Assembly (NCBI GenBank): GCA_964658305.1
Contig: OZ210885.1
Coordinates: 13,020,001 to 13,084,000, forward strand
Source: Leptogorgia sarmentosa
Lineage: Eukaryota
Direction: 5' to 3'
DNA: 64,000 bases
In this document: positions 62,201 to 64,000 of the stretch, piece by piece
Layout: each line of letters opens with the position of its first letter
Numbering within the stretch: the first letter of the stretch is position 1
The notes under the pieces: model-generated
Told to the model about the DNA's origin: nothing
The model's database searches: none
The model's input: only the letters and a program-made list of their open reading frames with translations
Position numbers and translations under genes: made by a program

Positions 62201-63027
62201 GAATTAGTACGATTTACGAAGTCTAATTCATGTGAAAATTTCGATTGATCGTATTGAGAATCGCATTGAATTGTATATATGGTAATATATGAATAAAATT
62301 GGATAATAATAATAATAAATGAATAATAAGATAAATTCTTTCAACACATGGGGGTTTTCTTACCGGAGATAAAAAATGATCTGCGCGAAACATATTTAAA
62401 GGCATGATGAAATTCCGGCAATAATGCTAATGATACAGTACCTGTTTTATTCCAGAAATCTAGTTCATCACAAATTATTTTTTCGTCAGCTATTGGTAAA
62501 TTTAATATTTTGACCAAAGATTCCATTCCTTGAAACGAGGCATTGAACATATGTACTGTCCATTCAGAGATGTTACAATGAGCCCATGGGTTTCTGATGT
62601 CCGACCGAACTTTGTTTGCTTCAGCTGCAGCACCAGATGATACAAAAGGGTCTGCCTTGCCGATAATAGTCAAAAGTGCTGACATATCCATGGTTTTATC
62701 AAATCCAGTGAAATGTGCCATAAAGTCCGTGACGAATAGTTTCGCCAAAGAGACAGGATCTTTAACAGCATAATCATAAGCTGATTTAGTAGGCTTGTGG
62801 ATAATGTTATTGTTAATGTTTTGATATTGTAGGTTATGGGTGGAAGGGGGTAATTTCTTCCTTCTGTATGCTGCGAAATCTTGCTTGTGAATTTCATCAG
62901 GTGGTTGGCATAAAGAATGATACCATTTCCCAAGTTCAGTGGCGACAACTTTCCTCAATGCAGGTGCAAGAACTTTGGTAAAGGCAATGCCAACTAAAAC
63001 CCAATGTTGTTCTTCCTCTGATATCAT
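6736..63027 (-). CDS. 15-exon gene encoding a HEPN-like/coiled-coil/NB-ARC/APAF1-helical/WD40 STAND protein, about 1663 aa
   Basis: Exons 63027-62442, 59262-59089, 55669-55332, 54791-54149, 53341-52931, 51889-51644, 49285-49067, 45453-45244, 38032-37789, 36966-36734, 34671-34571, 26020-25618, 24165-23564, 14774-14525, 7067-6736. All introns are GT-AG, phases join without stops, total 4992 nt. Confidence 0.85.
8316..10606. mobile_element. Non-autonomous TIR transposon, 9-bp TSD (Mutator-like)
   Basis: TIRs of about 70 bp (CAACCTCGTTCCCAG.../...CTGGGAACGAGGTTG); perfect TSD TATTGTGGC at 8307-8315 and 10607-10615; no transposase ORF. Confidence 0.88.
11020..11733. mobile_element. hAT-like MITE
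   Basis: Perfect 15-bp TIR CAGGGGCGGATCCAG/CTGGATCCGCCCCTG; TSD not clean. Confidence 0.7.
12803..13587. mobile_element. hAT-type MITE with a nested second MITE (about 12876-13217)
   Basis: TIR CAGTGGCGTGCTGGCA/TGCCAGCACGCCACTG; perfect 8-bp TSD ATGCACAA; inner ends CATAAGCGTACG/CGTACGCCTATG. Confidence 0.88.
13847..14162. mobile_element. PIF/Harbinger-type MITE
   Basis: TIRs of about 75 bp: GGGCCTGTTTATATGATCCC...GAGGTATTGAAATGAGT and its reverse complement. Confidence 0.7.
14525..14774 (-). CDS. STAND gene exon 14 (divergent WD40)
   Basis: Acceptor tttgacag|ATT phase 0; donor CCAG|gtaaat phase 1; fits both neighbours. Confidence 0.75.
15449..16351. repeat. Foldback with ~360-400-bp inverted arms, each coding an OTU-protease-like fragment
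   Basis: 15449-15853 is the reverse complement of 15993-16351 (left arm has a ~45-bp insert); arms translate to VRGDGNCFYRAMAL and VRGDGNCSYRAMAL. Confidence 0.85.
17209..17292. repeat. (GATA)n/(GAGATA)n microsatellite, probable 3' tail of the LINE
   Basis: Tandem array directly abutting the LINE 3' UTR. Confidence 0.9.
17511..20351 (-). pseudogene. LINE ORF2 (APE endonuclease plus reverse transcriptase) split over four ORF segments
   Basis: Endonuclease motifs ICITETWL, GDFN, LDLIFTN, SDH; RT motifs LRPISLT, KKAFDLIDH, GVPQGTKLGP, KFVDD; C-terminal IRPILEYACPVFH...IQKRALRII. Confidence 0.92.
20276..21842 (-). pseudogene. LINE ORF1, frameshifted, with coiled coil
   Basis: Consecutive ORFs 21269-21736, 20857-21207 and 20276-20860 upstream of ORF2; ATGGCG start at 21842; 42-bp tandem duplication at 21044-21127. 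Confidence 0.7.
23564..24165 (-). CDS. STAND gene exon 13 (WD40 repeats)
   Basis: GHPDDSIVTAIDITSNGKFALSGS...AHKDAISQV...FASGCIGGSVKLWN; acceptor tgcag, donor AAG|gtatgt. Confidence 0.9.
24391..24621. mobile_element. PIF/Harbinger-type MITE
   Basis: TIRs of about 47 bp (AGGCCGTTTTCCATTACAGTCG...); TAA on both sides. Confidence 0.75.
25618..26020 (-). CDS. STAND gene exon 12 (WD40 repeats)
   Basis: VWNLSDG...VRFSSDGLHVIIGCKDNHVFIWDW; acceptor tttaag phase 0; donor GCAG|gtgggt. Confidence 0.9.
28130..28345. mobile_element. Penelope-like terminal remnants in inverted orientation with a hammerhead-like core
   Basis: Plus strand CTGACGAGGGCCCTTTTGCTGGAAACGTC at 28251-28279 and an inverted relative at 28198-28225; related pieces near 22390 and 34880-34970. 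Confidence 0.4.
28653..28674 (+). promoter_or_regulatory. 22-bp subterminal motif with E-box, upstream of the THAP gene
   Basis: TCACGTGACGAGGAGAGTGCAC; exact inverted copy at 31690-31711. A regulatory role is inferred only. Confidence 0.45.
28798..29996 (+). CDS. THAP-domain transposase N-terminus, 2 exons (28798-29047, 29173-29996), truncated before the catalytic core
   Basis: MPGANCAFFGC...LFKIP...EEWLR...ICELHF (C2CH); GT-AG intron; then YPNRKVLSTGSIPT (AVPT-like box). Ends in AT-rich sequence with no DDE domain. Confidence 0.8.
30387..31595 (-). CDS. 402-aa transposon companion protein: acidic N-terminus, C2H2 zinc finger, P-transposase C-terminal-like region
   Basis: Uninterrupted ORF; CTQC-x12-HTNSKH; SYMAGYV...RGGLVTP motifs; basic C-terminal tail. 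Confidence 0.8.
   Translation of the reverse strand: MEAEIETVDMAEGTQSSEFDEESVFQTSATMETCDVDPDDGERESSSFPDAYNFNLCVSVTETNSEEVDAEFCDALEEIAGQKSFPCTQCDKICKSKGGLTRHTNSKHGDGGEDVVNAPVLCPESVSVLVETIKAKIIKENFYGDTINASVKAISSTLALCNALSPLYKTYCRKKDQDKFLESFYGLMLKSTELFVCQDSRVANLIMIHLPEHLIAFSHSSQSTDKQYQSCQLDPSEQGPLSYMAGYVIAKLMQLNRNKSGKEELQALLMSMKSAESNSYIAARSRGGLVTPCNDLVRILEAAEISFREHVDRSSDVLRNIPEELITNSILNSPIVISLWDNIILSCELQPSSSIRKLCLENIIKLYLKVRSFSYARDYISRYRIKAKQLAGKALRKELKKN
31690..31711 (-). promoter_or_regulatory. Second copy of the 22-bp motif, upstream of the 402-aa ORF
   Basis: Exact reverse complement of 28653-28674. Confidence 0.45.
34265..35167. repeat. Diverged ~130-bp inverted repeats bracketing exon 11
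   Basis: 34265-34392 versus 35040-35167, for example GGAATGGATTAAATGTGAAGTTACAGG / CCTGTAACTTCACATTAAATCCATTCC. Confidence 0.7.
34571..34671 (-). CDS. STAND gene exon 11 (101 nt, not in the ORF track)
   Basis: taatag|GT GAC...AAG|gtgtag encodes GDLEWAKHVAVSADDRYVVSLSKDPDFSTKSSIK; bridges phase 1 to phase 0 and completes SIK-VWN. Confidence 0.85.
35213..36244. mobile_element. Old foldback/TIR element interrupted by a younger MITE
   Basis: AAGTGGTGAGAAATTTTATAT... at about 35220 is inverted at about 36080-36244; the left arm resumes after 35732. Confidence 0.6.
35284..35729. mobile_element. PIF/Harbinger-type MITE
   Basis: TIR AGCCGGTTTTCCACTTGCGAATTTTG; TTA target duplication on both sides. 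Confidence 0.85.
36734..36966 (-). CDS. STAND gene exon 10 (WD40)
   Basis: VLTASRDGSIRVWN...DHSNDVT...VSASTDGTFKVWN; phase 2 acceptor tttcag matches the preceding donor. Confidence 0.92.
37789..38032 (-). CDS. STAND gene exon 9 (WD40)
   Basis: LVSASNDGTIKIWD...IISGDDEGSVRLW...GHTEYI; acceptor gtttag, donor AG|gtgggt. Confidence 0.92.
38390..38560. mobile_element. Helentron-associated (DINE-1/HINE-like) end fragment
   Basis: ATTACCTCCGCAAGGAGGTTATG hairpin followed by a GTCTGT/GTGT-rich tract. Confidence 0.5.
39736..40189. mobile_element. PIF/Harbinger-type MITE
   Basis: TIR GGGGCTGTTTACATGAGCCCGGTTTGCCGGG; TAA target duplication. Confidence 0.88.
40232..42971. mobile_element. 2.7-kb non-autonomous TIR transposon
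   Basis: Perfect TIR CCAGAGGAGGTTGGACAGC/GCTGTCCAACCTCCTCTGG; TSD CTATGAC (or GCTATGACC if the termini are CAG/CTG). Confidence 0.85.
42981..43015. repeat. (TGTTAGC)x5 tandem repeat
   Basis: Five 7-bp units with one substitution. Confidence 0.85.
44430..45028. mobile_element. HINE/DINE-1-like non-autonomous element
   Basis: Subterminal inverted repeat TTGGACCAGGAACTGGTCC; 3' hairpin AGTACAATCGTACT; (GTT)n tract; internal ~200-bp direct repeat. Confidence 0.6.
45244..45453 (-). CDS. STAND gene exon 8 (WD40)
   Basis: VRSLCTTKDGQFIATVGYDDKTIKLWK...GHTDWV; phase 1-1. Confidence 0.9.
49067..49285 (-). CDS. STAND gene exon 7 (WD40)
   Basis: GREVQQLQGHSDYVRCLAVSQSGTILASGSRDGSTILW; acceptor aaacag, donor G|gtaagc. 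Confidence 0.92.
49603..50115. mobile_element. MITE with ~88-bp TIRs and 7-bp TSD, carrying a tRNA-like Pol III cassette
   Basis: 49603-49690 is inverted at about 50028-50115; CA...TG termini; TSD GTGTTTT. Confidence 0.85.
51236..51593. mobile_element. MITE with TAG termini
   Basis: TAGGGATCTTAAGATCAACAAC / GTTGTAGACCTTAAGGTCCCTA inverted ends. Confidence 0.65.
51644..51889 (-). CDS. STAND gene exon 6 (end of helical domain, first WD40)
   Basis: GRLLSYKEYPGIKTLL...LAICGLENGSITIFDLDTG; continues QLL-GRL from exon 5. Confidence 0.9.
52931..53341 (-). CDS. STAND gene exon 5 (winged-helix LHD motif and APAF1-type helical domain)
   Basis: SYRLHDLLLGFARAKL...DYYFKYLTYHL...LFFNFNWLYGKV...LISDF. 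Confidence 0.92.
54149..54791 (-). CDS. STAND gene exon 4 (NB-ARC Walker B to winged helix)
   Basis: CLVILDDVW, LLITTRN, CGDLPLALSLVG, FALFPEDTDVP...LELFW. Confidence 0.95.
55332..55669 (-). CDS. STAND gene exon 3 (NB-ARC Walker A)
   Basis: LPRDMVERPSEV...VVGIRGMGGLGKTILA...VIWLDVG. Confidence 0.95.
55760..56130. repeat. Diverged tandem duplication, period about 238 bp
   Basis: TTCAAACATTTTT...TAATAATTCCCCCCTTCCCC...CCTGGATCTTTTTGA occurs twice. Confidence 0.75.
56168..56790 (+). pseudogene. Degenerate LINE ORF1 5' remnant
   Basis: YVGNRIRW...FETLKIF...GQEGKWISSGGKYKKF aligns by eye with YDGTRVKW...YESLKTF...GLDGKWRAFEGSSKKF of the LINE at 21269-21736. Confidence 0.65.
57194..58103. repeat. 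910-bp near-perfect palindrome: inverted dimer of a Crypton-like non-autonomous unit
   Basis: 57194-57648 is the reverse complement of about 57655-58103; each arm ends in its own ~160-bp hairpin and codes MA..RFASLNESELS. Confidence 0.85.
59089..59262 (-). CDS. STAND gene exon 2 (coiled-coil linker)
   Basis: MEKLDNIQSKMKEIERSAAEKFEHHSRELKRLAEKTDEIE; phase 1-1 when the ccag acceptor at 59263 is used. Confidence 0.72.
59420..59552. repeat. Imperfect palindrome (transposon-end hairpin)
   Basis: TGCAATTTGGAAAAACAT...TTTTCAAAGAC pairs with GTCTTTGAAAAG...ATGTTTTTTCCAAATTGCA; a related degraded hairpin lies near 1140-1230. Confidence 0.55.
62442..63027 (-). CDS. STAND gene first coding exon: HEPN-like domain (CXorf38/DUF4559- or DZIP3-HEPN-like) with R-X4-H
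   Basis: Helical ~195-aa domain with DMSALLTII...VRSDIRNPWAH; donor ACAG|gtactg; an acceptor at 63035 implies an upstream exon. Confidence 0.8.
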
Positions 63028-64000
63028 TATCGTTCTATGAAGTAAACATAAAATAATGGTGTTACAATTTTAGCTACTAAAGCACAAAGCTTTTCTAAAC
63101 AGTACAGACATAATTACTTTTTGACATTTTAATGTTTTACAAATATGTGAAAGTAGAAGTTTCTTTGAAAATACTGGAACGTATGTCCTTTGAAAATACT
63201 GTATGAGTAACCCAGTTTTGAACAATCAGACAAGCAAGATTTATTCAATTTGTAAGGCGAGTGGAAAGTATTGACCACTCAACGCTGTCTGCAAATATTC
63301 GGCTTCGTGGCCTCGCAGTTGTTCAGTATTTCGAGCATATTATGGATAGTTGTAAACTGACGACGATCAAATATATTTCTTTCGTTATTTTTATCATTCA
63401 AGCTGTGCCACTCTAAATAATATAATAATCGCTTTAAAGTCACTTAGATCATAGACAAATCAGTGGCGTAACCGAGGGGTGTCAGGGTGTCCAGTGACAG
63501 GGGGCCCCCGAACTTTAGGGCCCCCCAACAAAATGAACATAAAAAATTGATAGCACATTTCTGGGGAATTCAAATACGAAAAACAGACAGATAGGTAGGT
63601 GCGGGTGGAGTTGCCTATTAATTGGGACTTATGGTGTATCCTTTACCTGTTCTTTGGAAGAGAGAAGCGAAATTCATTAAATTCAAATTCGGGTTCGAGT
63701 CTATTCTGTAACAAAGTGAGGTTTGTCGTTGTGACAATCGTCTATGCTCAGATTTAAGTAAGACATTGTATTTTTTACACATAATGTCCATCCGGAAATA
63801 TGCATATGTATATCTATACATAGCCTACAGATACAGGGAATAATGAATTTATTAATAAACGTCGCACCTTCGCAACTACAGTGCGGCGGTTAATCGAGGA
63901 TAAAAGAGAGCTCACGCAGGGACGTTTTTAACAACACGGTTGTCAAGGTGACGATGATGTGACGGAAATTGATATTCTATTCTGAACAGTTTTTGTTCAT

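Noticed and set aside
6736..63027. Calling the gene APAF1
   Set aside because: There is no CARD, the N-terminus differs and the WD40 region is longer; orthology needs a phylogeny.
63618..63821. Possible upstream exon with donor ACAG|gtaaag near 63647
   Set aside because: Plausible 5' exon, but nothing beyond the splice motif supports it.

Overview
Animal genomic DNA with spliceosomal introns. The repeat families look marine-invertebrate, probably anthozoan, but that taxon is an inference. One minus-strand gene spans 6736-63027. I assembled it by hand from 15 coding exons with GT-AG boundaries and consistent phases (4992 nt, 1663 aa plus stop). It encodes an APAF1-like STAND protein: an N-terminal HEPN-like domain with an intact R-X4-H motif (RNPWAH) where APAF1 has a CARD, then a coiled coil, NB-ARC ATPase (Walker A/B, TTR, GxP, LHD), APAF1-type helical domain and about 900 aa of WD40 repeats. 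This suggests a sensor-gated ribonuclease immune receptor and is the main finding. The introns hold a near full-length frameshifted LINE, an internally deleted P-type transposon with an intact convergent second gene, an OTU-coding foldback, a Crypton-like inverted dimer, and many MITEs. A cluster of intact and decayed tRNA genes fills the first 1.6 kb. All calls come from reading the sequence; no searches were run.
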